Assembly (NCBI GenBank): GCA_965140415.1
Contig: OZ223209.1
Coordinates: 2,944,001 to 3,008,000 of the forward strand
Length of the DNA stretch: 64,000 bases
Origin: Myxococcota bacterium
GTDB taxonomy: Bacteria > Myxococcota_A > SURF-8
Reading direction: 5' to 3'
Part shown: positions 1 to 9,280 of the stretch, in pieces
How the letters are laid out: each line of letters opens with the position of its first letter
Position numbering within the stretch: the first letter of the stretch is position 1
Position numbers and translations under genes: made by a program
Notes under the pieces: model-generated
What the model was told of the DNA's origin: nothing
Seen by the model: the letters and a program-made list of their open reading frames with translations, nothing else
The model's database searches: none

Positions 1-2
1 AT

Positions 3-1490
3 CGCAATCCCTTCGGGGGAGAGTTTACGGTTTTCGCGGGCTTGTCCGAGGTGGAACACTTCGTTCGAAAGCTCCACTTTTCACAAGAGCAAATCGGCTA
101 TCTCAAAGAAGTGTTACCAAATTGTGATCCTTCGTTTTTCGACTACCTATCCCAACTCGATGGCACTCGCTTAACACTTCGGGCCGTTCAGGAAGGATCG
201 ATCCTCAGTGCGCGCGTTCCACTAATCAGCGTGACGGGCGAACTCGCTCTGGCACAACTGGTGGAAACACCGCTTCTAAACCTCGTGAACTATGCAAGTC
301 TGGTGGCCACCAATGCCGCGCGTTTTCGTCTTGCTGCGGGGCCGAATAAAAAGCTGCTGGAATTCGGTTTAAGGCGCTCACAAGGCCCCGATGGCGGCCT
401 GTCCGCTTCGCGTTACAGCTATATCGGAGGATTCGACGGCACCAGCAATCTGCAAGCCGGTATGATGTATGGCATCCCGGTAATGGGAACCCATGCGCAT
501 TCCTTTGTTTCTTCCTATGCCGACACTGCCAGTCTGGATCAAATCCCGAATCGTTCCATCGATACCGCCGATGGGAAGCAGGTGGATTTCGTTGCGCTTG
601 TTTTAGAGTTGCGGCCAAAGTATGCTCCAGGCAGCAACACGGGGGAACTGGCGGCATTCATTGCCTACGCTCAGGTTTTTCCAACTGCTTTTCTGGCATT
701 GGTGGATACCTACGATACATTGGGTTCAGGTGTTCCGAATTTCATATGCGTGGCGCTCGCCCTGGTTAAAGTCGGTTACAGACCCAGAGGAATTCGGTTG
801 GATTCCGGCGACTTGGCCTATCTTTCTAAACAAGTACGAGAGCAGTTTAAACGAGTTGCCAAACGAGAAAATCTAGATTGGTTTGCGCGTCTTACGATTA
901 CGGCAAGCAATGAAATAAACGAAAGCGTACTGGCAGCCTTAGAGAAGCAGGGGCATGAAATCGACGCTTTCGGCATTGGTACTCATTTGGTGACCTGTCA
1001 GGCGCAGCCTGCCTTGAATGGTGTATATAAGCTCGTTGAGATCAATGGAAAGCCTTGTTTGAAAATCAGCCAGGACAAAGCGAAAAGATCTCTTCCCGGA
1101 AACAAACAGATCTATCGTCTCTATTCCGATAGTGGCGTTCCTTTGGCTGACGTGATCGCTCTAGCTGGAATTGACGAGCCTCCAGAGGTGGGAAAAGAGA
1201 TTCATTGCTATCATCCCTTCGATGATGATTTGCATATGACGGTTGCACCTGCTCGAGTCCAACCATTATTGCAGGAAGTTTCTATAAGCGCACCTGCACC
1301 ATCATTGGAATCGCTAAGAGAGCGTGTAAGGCAGCAATTGTCGATAATGAGGGAAGATCACCTGCGCTCACTGAATCCAACCCCATATAAAGTATCGGTT
1401 ACTCGGGCACTTTACGACTTGACTCGGGAACTTTGGAGACGGGAAAAGGGTGAATCGCATATCAAGGACTCTGCAAAAGAAACTCGATAG
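3..1490 (+). CDS. pncB: Nicotinate phosphoribosyltransferase (5'-truncated by window edge)
   Basis: Frame is open from position 3 (RNPFGGEFTVFAGL) into the listed ORF; motifs LEFGLRR, GTHAHS, LVDTYD, GIRLDSGDL, QPALNGVYKL. Confidence 0.93.
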   Translation, partial: RNPFGGEFTVFAGLSEVEHFVRKLHFSQEQIGYLKEVLPNCDPSFFDYLSQLDGTRLTLRAVQEGSILSARVPLISVTGELALAQLVETPLLNLVNYASLVATNAARFRLAAGPNKKLLEFGLRRSQGPDGGLSASRYSYIGGFDGTSNLQAGMMYGIPVMGTHAHSFVSSYADTASLDQIPNRSIDTADGKQVDFVALVLELRPKYAPGSNTGELAAFIAYAQVFPTAFLALVDTYDTLGSGVPNFICVALALVKVGYRPRGIRLDSGDLAYLSKQVREQFKRVAKRENLDWFARLTITASNEINESVLAALEKQGHEIDAFGIGTHLVTCQAQPALNGVYKLVEINGKPCLKISQDKAKRSLPGNKQIYRLYSDSGVPLADVIALAGIDEPPEVGKEIHCYHPFDDDLHMTVAPARVQPLLQEVSISAPAPSLESLRERVRQQLSIMREDHLRSLNPTPYKVSVTRALYDLTRELWRREKGESHIKDSAKETR

Positions 1491-1508
1491 AGTTGGAAGG
1501 AGGGCCTT

Positions 1509-2552
1509 TTGAAACCCATTCCATTACCGGAATTTTACGATCCGCAGCAAGCCGAGAACTGGTCTTATGGACCGGATGCGGAAACGTTGTTGGCCAAGGC
1601 AATTGACTGGCGTAAAACCCACGCTATTTCATCTGTCTCTGAAGATCGCACTCGCATTCACTTGCTACTAGTGGATTTGCAAAAGGATTTCTGCTTTCCG
1701 GAAGGTTCTTTATTCGTTGCAGGCAGAAGTGGGGATGCTGCGATAAACGACAGCCGCCGACTGGCGGAGTTCATCTATCGCAATCTAGGCAGTATTTCGA
1801 ATATCACGGCGACGATGGATACTCACATTGCCTATCAGATCTTTTCTCCCTGTTTCTGGCTGGATTCAAACGGAGATCCACCACCTGCCAATACGATTGT
1901 TCGAAGCGAAGATATTCAAAAGAAACATCTTCTTCCCAATCCGAAAATGGCAGCCTGGCTATGTGATGGCAACGAAGAGTGGTTGTACAATTACTCTCTG
2001 GATTATTGTAAGCAGTTGGAACGCGATGGTAAATATGAACTTTATTTGTGGCCGCCTCATTGTCTGGCGGGCTCGGACGGTCATGGGCTCGTCGGCGTTA
2101 TTCAGGAAGCGCGACTGTTTCATGCCTATTGCCGTTCCGCCCAATCGCGAACGGAAATAAAAGGCAGTCATCCATTGACCGAGAATTACTCCGTTTTCAG
2201 CCCGGAAGTACAAATGACTTTCGACGGCGTTCAGCTTGCGCAAACCAATTCTGCGCTTTTAAATGATTTACTCGCTTCCGATGCCATTCTGATTGCCGGG
2301 CAGGCTTCCAGTCATTGTGTTCGTTTCACAATTGAAGATTTATTACAGGAAATCCGTTTTAGAAATCCAAAACTTACCGATCGCGTTTACATCCTGTCGG
2401 ATTGCATGTCTCCAGTTACGGTTCCAGACGGTCAAGGAGGTTTTCTTGTAGATTTCAGTGATGATACGGAAAAAGCCATGCAGCACTTTAAAGATGCCGG
2501 GATGCATCTTGTCCAATCTACGGAGCCAATGGCGTCGTGGTTGAGTTTTTAG
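1509..2552 (+). CDS. pncA: Nicotinamidase (isochorismatase/cysteine hydrolase family, long form)
   Basis: VDLQKDFC, MDTH, LWPPHC, IKG, SSHCV catalytic/metal motifs; directly downstream of pncB. Confidence 0.8.
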   Translation: MKPIPLPEFYDPQQAENWSYGPDAETLLAKAIDWRKTHAISSVSEDRTRIHLLLVDLQKDFCFPEGSLFVAGRSGDAAINDSRRLAEFIYRNLGSISNITATMDTHIAYQIFSPCFWLDSNGDPPPANTIVRSEDIQKKHLLPNPKMAAWLCDGNEEWLYNYSLDYCKQLERDGKYELYLWPPHCLAGSDGHGLVGVIQEARLFHAYCRSAQSRTEIKGSHPLTENYSVFSPEVQMTFDGVQLAQTNSALLNDLLASDAILIAGQASSHCVRFTIEDLLQEIRFRNPKLTDRVYILSDCMSPVTVPDGQGGFLVDFSDDTEKAMQHFKDAGMHLVQSTEPMASWLSF

Positions 2553-2639
2553 TGAATTGTAGTGTGTATCCGGGAGATTTGTTCGGTTGTATGACGAGTG
2601 AATCAGGTGAAAAGGTAGCGCACAATCTTATTAGCAAGG

Positions 2640-4310
2640 ATGCCGATGACTCAAAAAAGGAAAAAGCATACTCACGCGCAGGCTTACGATTCTCCAAAAA
2701 TTGAAAGACAGGCAGGTTTTCAAGATGCTTTAATGTACGACAGCTTTCATCCCCCATGTTGTGATGAAGTACGCTATCTTGAATTGTTTACACAGATTCC
2801 TTGGGGAATCGCGTTCTTCCAGCCTGTGAACGACGGACAGGACTATATACTAACGGCTATCAATCCAACTTTCGAAAAAATTATTGGCAGGACCGAATCC
2901 AGTATGATTCATCATTCGATACGTGAAATCATGCTGGAATCGGATCTTGAGAAAACAGTCAAGAGTTTGGCTGCTGCTTACGAGAGACAAATTCCGGTTC
3001 GATTTAAGCTTTCCGTCTCAGCTTTGCAAGAGGATGAGGATGGAGGTGAAAATACCGTCTTTCCAATGCGAAATGGGGAGCTTGCCCTTGTATTTGCACA
3101 GGAATCTATTTATGAGCGATTACAGCAGAATATGGAAAGGGAGTCGTCCTCCACGCAGGTTCTTTTAGATGTGCCTTCCAGTGCAGCGATGCTGATTTCG
3201 TTGGATAAAACGATTAAGGAAGTCAACCGCACTGTCTGCATATTGCTTGGCAAAACAAGAGAAGAATTGCTGGGAAGCATATTTTATTCTTTTATGCCGC
3301 CTCAGACAGCACAAAAGCGCATTCATTATTTCGATACTGCAGTAGAGAGCGGAGAAGTTCAGCGCTTCGAGGATGAATGTAGAGGATTATGGTACGATAA
3401 CATCATGAATCCTGTCCGAAATGAAGATGGTAATGTGGTCGAAATCGCTTTTCTGGCTCACGATATTACCGAACAGAAACGCCAGGCAATTCTTCAGAAA
3501 GAACAGCTACAGAAGTTGATCCAGGCCGATAAAATGGTTGCTCTGGGAACCTTGGTTGGCGGTGTGGCCCATGAAATCAACAATCCCAATCATATCATTG
3601 GTCTGAATGCGCCAATGCTGCAAGACATCTGGAAAAGTACAGCGCCGATATTGGAAAAGCATTACCAGAATCATGGAAATTTCAGTGTAGGCGGATTTGC
3701 TTACACGGATGTTGAAGAGACCGCACCGAATCTGATTGAAGGCATTATTGGCAGTTCCAAACGGATACAGACGATTGTTGAAGAGCTTCGCAATTTCGCC
3801 CGTTTTCAACCGGCTTCCATGCAGGATCTGGTCGATCTCAATGCCGTCGTTAAATCGGCAACGACACTGTTAAGCAATTCGATCAGCCGGGCGACTCAAC
3901 AATTCAAAGCCATTTACGGACTGGATGTGCCTGTATTCAGAGGCGATTCCAAGCGCATTCAACAGGTCGTGATTCGTCTGATCCAGAATGCATGTCAGGC
4001 GCTGACGGACTACTCCCAAGCGATCATCGTGTATACGCGCTATTATCCGAAAGAAGAAGTGGTCGTGACCGAAGTTCGTGACGAGGGTGAGGGCATCCCT
4101 CGCGACTTGATAGACAAAGTGCTTAATCCCTTTTTTACGACAAGAGGAGATCAAGGTGGCGTGGGTCTGGGACTATCCATCGCCTCAACCATTGTCGAAG
4201 ATCATGGCGGCAGATTGAATATTGAATCCACTGAAGGAATTGGTACGAAAGTTCGTTTTTCCATTCCAGTTGGTTCCATTGACATCAATGAAGATGGAGA
4301 AGAGTCTTAA
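2640..4310 (+). CDS. PAS-domain sensor histidine kinase (NtrB-like); start codon uncertain
   Basis: PAS/PAC (HDITEQK), H-box VAHEINNP, N-box LIQNACQA, DEGEG, FFTT, GVGLGL. Confidence 0.92.
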   Translation: MPMTQKRKKHTHAQAYDSPKIERQAGFQDALMYDSFHPPCCDEVRYLELFTQIPWGIAFFQPVNDGQDYILTAINPTFEKIIGRTESSMIHHSIREIMLESDLEKTVKSLAAAYERQIPVRFKLSVSALQEDEDGGENTVFPMRNGELALVFAQESIYERLQQNMERESSSTQVLLDVPSSAAMLISLDKTIKEVNRTVCILLGKTREELLGSIFYSFMPPQTAQKRIHYFDTAVESGEVQRFEDECRGLWYDNIMNPVRNEDGNVVEIAFLAHDITEQKRQAILQKEQLQKLIQADKMVALGTLVGGVAHEINNPNHIIGLNAPMLQDIWKSTAPILEKHYQNHGNFSVGGFAYTDVEETAPNLIEGIIGSSKRIQTIVEELRNFARFQPASMQDLVDLNAVVKSATTLLSNSISRATQQFKAIYGLDVPVFRGDSKRIQQVVIRLIQNACQALTDYSQAIIVYTRYYPKEEVVVTEVRDEGEGIPRDLIDKVLNPFFTTRGDQGGVGLGLSIASTIVEDHGGRLNIESTEGIGTKVRFSIPVGSIDINEDGEES

Positions 4311-5725
4311 TGCCACAGCGGAATCCACAGAATCCGATTCTTTTAGTCGATGATGAACCCCAGATCTTGTTGACCAACAAAGCTGTCCTTCTGCAAAGCG
4401 GATATAACAATACGGAAACCTGCAACGACAGCAGAAATGTGATTTCCATTCTCAAAGAAGGCAACTATTCGCTGGTATTGCTGGACTTGAGAATGCCGTA
4501 TTTGACCGGAGAAGAGTTGCTGCCTCAAATTCTGGAAGAGCATCCCGATTTGCCTGTGATTGTCATTACGGGAGCGAATGATATTGAAACGGCGGTCAAT
4601 TGCATGAAAGCAGGCGCATTTGACTTTATGGTAAAACCTGTCGATCGGACTCGCCTTGCGACTTCGATTTCATTGGCCATTAAATATCACCAACTCCAGC
4701 AGGAAAATACCCGTCTCAGCCATCGTCTTTTTTCAAAAGACCTCGAATGTCCCGAGTATTTTGAAGATATCGTTACCAGAAACGGGGACATGCTGAACAT
4801 ATTCCGCTACATGGAAACGGTTGCAAGCTCTCCATTCCCACTATTGATTACTGGGGAAACCGGTGTTGGAAAAGAGTTGATTGCCAGAGCCTTTCATCAA
4901 CTCACCAAAGTCGCTTCACCGATGGTCACGGTGAATGTCGCCTCACTGGATCACCAACTGTTTTCCGACAGTATTTTCGGCCATGTAAAAGGAGCCTTTT
5001 CCGGAGCCACTCAAAACAGGCCCGGACTTGTTGAGAAAGCGAGCAATTCATCGCTATTCCTAGATGAAATCGGGGATTTAGATCCACATTCGCAAGTTAA
5101 GCTTCTTCGTTTAATTCAAGAAGGAGAGTACATGCCGTTGGGATCGGATAATCTCCGACATACCAATGCTCGAATCATCTTGGCGACGAATCGGAATTTG
5201 GATGAATTGCAGCGCGATGGGCAATTTCGGAAGGATCTTTACTACCGGCTGAAAACACATCACGTTCATTTGCCTCCTTTGCGCAAAAGGAAAGATGACA
5301 TCCCGTTATTACTGGATCATTTTATCGAACGGACGGCCCAGCGGCTTGGAAAAGCCGCGCCAACGCCGGTGAAGGAATTGATTCCTCTGTTGAATACGTA
5401 TTCCTTTCCAGGGAATATCCGTGAGTTCGAATCCATGGTCGTCGAGGCGGTTACGAGCCATCAATCGCATAAGCTCACAATGGATTGCTTTAAAGCTGCA
5501 ATGCAGCAACAGGACGATCCGTATGAGAGCAATGGCACAAATGGAAATTCAAGTGAAGAGGCGATTTATTGGCCGGTCAATTTCCCAACGTTAAACCAGG
5601 CCGTTCACGATCAAATCAAAGAGGCATTGAAGAGGGCACAAGGAAATCAAACTCTCGCTGCCAGATTGCTTGGTATTACGCCCTCCGCTCTTTCGCAGCG
5701 CCTAAAGAAGATCCGGGAAACCTGA
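4310..5725 (+). CDS. Sigma-54-dependent response regulator (NtrC family)
   Basis: Receiver (LVDDE, LDLRMP, KP), Walker A GETGVGKE, GAFSGA loop, FLDEIGD, FPGNIRE, Fis-type HTH; TAATG stop/start overlap with the kinase. Confidence 0.94.
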   Translation: MPQRNPQNPILLVDDEPQILLTNKAVLLQSGYNNTETCNDSRNVISILKEGNYSLVLLDLRMPYLTGEELLPQILEEHPDLPVIVITGANDIETAVNCMKAGAFDFMVKPVDRTRLATSISLAIKYHQLQQENTRLSHRLFSKDLECPEYFEDIVTRNGDMLNIFRYMETVASSPFPLLITGETGVGKELIARAFHQLTKVASPMVTVNVASLDHQLFSDSIFGHVKGAFSGATQNRPGLVEKASNSSLFLDEIGDLDPHSQVKLLRLIQEGEYMPLGSDNLRHTNARIILATNRNLDELQRDGQFRKDLYYRLKTHHVHLPPLRKRKDDIPLLLDHFIERTAQRLGKAAPTPVKELIPLLNTYSFPGNIREFESMVVEAVTSHQSHKLTMDCFKAAMQQQDDPYESNGTNGNSSEEAIYWPVNFPTLNQAVHDQIKEALKRAQGNQTLAARLLGITPSALSQRLKKIRET

Positions 5726-5873
5726 TCGAAATTCAAGCTGATTTTCGTTGCCTGCAAAGTCCAGTGGGCTTTGACAGCATGAATTAGAGTAAATATTTTC
5801 TTGCAATTCAGCCATAGTTTGATATAAGCAGAATCCCGGTGCTTCGCACCATACAAACCTGGCCTTTAAGGTT

Positions 5874-5949
5874 GGGGGTGTAGCTCAGTTGGTAGAGCGC
5901 TTGCTTCGCATGCAAGAAGTAGGGAGTTCGAATCTCCTCACCTCCACCA
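5874..5949 (+). tRNA. tRNA-Ala(CGC)
   Basis: 76-nt cloverleaf: acceptor GGGGGTG/CACCTCC with G3:U70 Ala identity pair, D arm GCTC..GAGC, anticodon arm CTTGC-TTCGCAT-GCAAG, T loop TTCGAAT, encoded CCA. Confidence 0.98.
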
Positions 5950-5960
5950 TATCAAAATAA

Positions 5961-6002
5961 CGAGCCCGCTTTCGGAAAATCCGGAAGCGGGTTTCGTGTT
6001 TC
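5961..6002 (+). terminator. Probable intrinsic terminator after tRNA-Ala
   Basis: GC-rich hairpin cccgctttcgga..tccggaagcggg followed by tttcgtgttt. Confidence 0.7.
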
Positions 6003-6174
6003 GAAACGACTAAAAATCTCATTCGAAGAGAAGTCGTCAAATTTTCTGGTTCGATTTCTTTCTCTTGATTCGAGTCGGAATTCCTGTTCGTTGTAACAAG
6101 AAAATCAGGTGAAAATAGAGATAAAATGACTGCGTTTCTGGCTCGTTCGCGTCCAACCATAAACGCACCTGTTT

Positions 6175-6385
6175 GACCGGTAAACAGCCACTAAACGAGC
6201 ACTAACTGACGGTAGATCGACAGTACTTCATCGTGCAGTATGAGACAACTTAGTGTTGCGCAATAAAACGAAACGCAGCATCAAGCAGCATACGCGAACG
6301 GACCACTGCTCGTTTACGGTCTTTTGCCGGCAATTTACTGGTCTTTTACCGGTCGTTTAGCGTCCAATACAGCTGTTTGCCGGTG
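6175..6385. repeat. Two inverted arrays of degenerate ~11-bp repeats (consensus about GACCGGTAAAC)
   Basis: Left units gaccggtaaac, agccactaaac, gagcactaact, gacggtagatc; right units gtttacggtc, ttttgccggca, atttactggtc, ttttaccggtc, gtttagcgtcc are reverse complements of the same consensus. Confidence 0.55.
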
Positions 6386-6582
6386 CCTTCTACACTGACG
6401 AGATCCATCGAAGTGTTTTCGTCCCGACCGAGAAGTCAACCATTTGGAGCAGGGCAGGAGCCCATGCTCCAACGGAATGAATCGTCACGCTTCGCATTGT
6501 AGCTGAAAGATTGGATTTTACGCAAAAGTCAAATTCAGGAAAGACAATCTTTCGCCAGCGACTGGTTTCGGAAACGGGGAAC

Positions 6583-7374
6583 TCATTTTCGAAATGGCAT
6601 ACAGCAAAAGAAAAACGCCGCCTGCACCAGAATAATGGCCGCGCCGCTTGGAAGATCGAGCCAGTAGGACACGAAAAGGCCGATCAGCGTTCCTGTCATT
6701 CCCAGCGCAATCGATAAAATCGTCATTTGCAGGTAGGTGCTGGCTAACAGTCTGGCGGTTGCCGCCGGAATTACAAGAAATGCGGCAATCAGAACGGCTC
6801 CAACTACTTTCACCGCCGCCACCACCGTCACGGCGATCAATGCCATCAGCAGGTAGTCATCGCGGTTGACGTTCAGGCGGTCGGCGCGTGCCAATTCGCT
6901 GTCGAAAGTGGCATAGGCCCAGCGGCTCCAGAATGGGAGCAGGGCGATTGTCAGCAGGCAGAGAAGAGCCATCATGCCGATGTCGATCCAATCGATGGCC
7001 AGAATCGAACCGAAAAGATAGGTGAAGGCATCGGTGGAATAGCTGTCGCGCAAAGAAAGAAAGACGATTCCCAGCGCCATCGAAATGGCAAAGAAAATTC
7101 CAACCGCCGTATCGGCGCTAAGTTCCGAACGCTCCTTGACCCAGTTGATACCGACGGCCACCAAGATTGTAAAGGGCGCCGCCACGCCCAGCGGTTCGAT
7201 TCCTGCGAAAAGTCCCAGCGCCACGCCACCGAAAGCGGCATGCGCCAAGCCGGTCCCCAAAAACCCTAAACGTCGTTGAACGACAAAAACGCCGTAGTAG
7301 CCGGCCAAGGCGGCGACCAGCAGCCCTCCAATCAGGGCGCGCTGCATGAATGGTAGTGAGAGTGCCTCAAGCAT
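6583..7374 (-). CDS. znuB: Zn/Mn ABC transporter permease
   Basis: ABC-3 permease pattern FMQRAL, LAHAAFGGVALG, YLFGSIL, VVGAVLIAAFLVIPAATA. Confidence 0.9.
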   Translation of the reverse strand: MLEALSLPFMQRALIGGLLVAALAGYYGVFVVQRRLGFLGTGLAHAAFGGVALGLFAGIEPLGVAAPFTILVAVGINWVKERSELSADTAVGIFFAISMALGIVFLSLRDSYSTDAFTYLFGSILAIDWIDIGMMALLCLLTIALLPFWSRWAYATFDSELARADRLNVNRDDYLLMALIAVTVVAAVKVVGAVLIAAFLVIPAATARLLASTYLQMTILSIALGMTGTLIGLFVSYWLDLPSGAAIILVQAAFFFCCMPFRK

Positions 7375-8128
7375 GATCGTGGCCGTTCAGTTTGATGAAC
7401 ATCGGGTGAGGATGACCGACGTGCCCGTATGCCAAACGCATGACTTCATCCGTCAATGCTTCGACCGGTGAGCCGAAAGCGAGTTGCTGCCGGTTGATTA
7501 CCAGCACCTGGCTGCACAAGTGACAGACCGCGTTTAAATCGTGGCTGATCATGACGATCGTCGCCCCGCTCTGCTGCTGGTAGCTTTCCAGCATGTGGTA
7601 CATATCGGTTTCGCCTGCGACATCGACGCCGGTTGAGGGTTCGTCCAGCATCAGTAATTTCGGTTTCCCTACCAGCGCTCTTGCAAGATAGACCCGTTGC
7701 AATTCGCCACCGGAAAGCTTGCCGACCTGTCGCTCGGCCAGATGCTCCGCCCCGACGTTACCTAAAGCGGTAAGAGCCTTTTCCCTCATCGCAGCACGTC
7801 GAATGCCCGGCCAGTTTCTTTTACAGCCGGTTAAAACCAGCTCAATTGCCTTGGCGGGAAACAGACGATCCAGGGATTTGACTTGCGGTACGTAGCCGAT
7901 CATTTGAGGTTCGACTTGCGACGGATGTTGACCGAAGATGCTTACGCTGCCTTGAGCAGACGCGGTCAAACCGAGGATCACTTTAAGCAGGGTGGACTTG
8001 CCTGCACCATTGGGGCCGATGATGGACAAAAACGAGCCGGAAGCCAGGCTGAAATGAATGTCTTCCAACGCCGTGTGTGTGCCGTAGCGAACGGAAAGCT
8101 TTTCGATTTGCACTGAGTAGTCGGTCAC
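7367..8128 (-). CDS. znuC: Zn/Mn ABC transporter ATPase
   Basis: GPNGAGKST, YVPQ, LSGGELQR, MLDEP, SHD; overlaps both neighbours. Confidence 0.92.
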   Translation of the reverse strand: MTDYSVQIEKLSVRYGTHTALEDIHFSLASGSFLSIIGPNGAGKSTLLKVILGLTASAQGSVSIFGQHPSQVEPQMIGYVPQVKSLDRLFPAKAIELVLTGCKRNWPGIRRAAMREKALTALGNVGAEHLAERQVGKLSGGELQRVYLARALVGKPKLLMLDEPSTGVDVAGETDMYHMLESYQQQSGATIVMISHDLNAVCHLCSQVLVINRQQLAFGSPVEALTDEVMRLAYGHVGHPHPMFIKLNGHDHA

Positions 8129-9030
8129 GGCAACGCCTTTTTCAATTGCGCGAGGTTGTAGCGCATCAAGTCCTCATAACGGTTACGTCCAACTGCGCCG
8201 CCTAGCGGGTCCACTTCGATTAAGGGAACGCCGATCGATTCGGCAACGACACGTGCGGCACGGTTTGAAAGTTGCCGCTGGGTTAAAATGGCGCGGACGT
8301 TTTTCTTTTTCGCATCCCGAATGACTCCCGCCAGGCTTTTGGGAGTGGGTTCCTTGCCCGGTATTGTTTCGATCAGATTTACCTGTTTGAACTCATAGCG
8401 CTTGAAGAAATACATGAAAAAGGGTTGAGCGGACAAAAACGGAACGTGTTTCAGTTTGCCGACTTCCGTCGAGATCTGCTCGTTCAAGCGATCCAACCGT
8501 TTTCCAAAACTCTCTGCATTGGCCTTATAAGTCGAGCAACCGGGAGCGTCTAGCTGACAGAGTGTGCTGGTTAATGCGGGCAGGATCGCTTTTACGGCGA
8601 CCGGATCGCTCCAGAAATGCGGATCATAAGCGGCTCGCTTATCGACATGTCGATGTTCGTTATCATACCCGTGCTCGGAGACGTGATCGTGTTCGTGATG
8701 CGCCGTGCCAACAAGGCGCATCGATTCCGGTAGCAAAGGAAGCATGGCGACTTGTTGTTTGATTGGAAGGCGGGTCGCCCAGCCATCCAACTGTGGAGAC
8801 ACATAAAAAAGTGCGTTGGCCTGCTCGGAACGGATCAGATCGGATGGCTTGGGTTCAAAGGTATGCGGTGAGGCGCCAACAGGCAGCAAGGAACTCACGG
8901 ATGCTCTATCTCCAACCACTTCGGATAAGATCGCTCGCACCGGCTCAATAGACGCCATATAGCTCGGTGTCGGCGCGTCATGGCTTTGCGCGAGCATTAC
9001 AAAGATAATGGAAAGTAGAGCCTGTAACAT
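8125..9030 (-). CDS. znuA: Zn/Mn ABC transporter substrate-binding protein
   Basis: Signal peptide, GASPHTFEP, His-rich loop HHEHDHVSEH, DPHFW, DPLG. Confidence 0.88.
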   Translation of the reverse strand: MLQALLSIIFVMLAQSHDAPTPSYMASIEPVRAILSEVVGDRASVSSLLPVGASPHTFEPKPSDLIRSEQANALFYVSPQLDGWATRLPIKQQVAMLPLLPESMRLVGTAHHEHDHVSEHGYDNEHRHVDKRAAYDPHFWSDPVAVKAILPALTSTLCQLDAPGCSTYKANAESFGKRLDRLNEQISTEVGKLKHVPFLSAQPFFMYFFKRYEFKQVNLIETIPGKEPTPKSLAGVIRDAKKKNVRAILTQRQLSNRAARVVAESIGVPLIEVDPLGGAVGRNRYEDLMRYNLAQLKKALP

Positions 9031-9243
9031 GTTTCAACCACTCCATGCCGTCGATCAAATAAACATATTCGGTTTGCAACTAGGCGAAACCACCGATGGT
9101 TAGAGGTTTCGGCACCTATCCCTATTCCCTGATTCATACCGGCAACTGGTATCAAGTATCACTCGCGCTGGGTGCTGTCAAGAATGCGAACGCCACGATG
9201 GGGACTTAACAGGAGATTGTCACCATAGATCAATGCTCATTGC

Positions 9244-9272
9244 TTGACTTTCACTATGCGCTCGTTTAGCTT
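9244..9272 (+). promoter_or_regulatory. Possible sigma-70 promoter for lpxB
   Basis: TTGACT-N17-TAGCTT ending 8 nt before the ATG. Confidence 0.4.
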
Positions 9273-9280
9273 CTGAATTC

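Noticed and set aside
4975-5010. GAFSGA instead of GAFTGA in the NtrC-like regulator as loss of function
   Set aside because: Conservative substitution with the other AAA+ motifs intact; too weak to claim.
5885-6160. 91-aa minus-strand ORF
   Set aside because: Overlaps the tRNA antisense; typical spurious call.
5874-9280. Integrated island at tRNA-Ala carrying znuACB
   Set aside because: No integrase and no duplicated tRNA 3' end found by eye.
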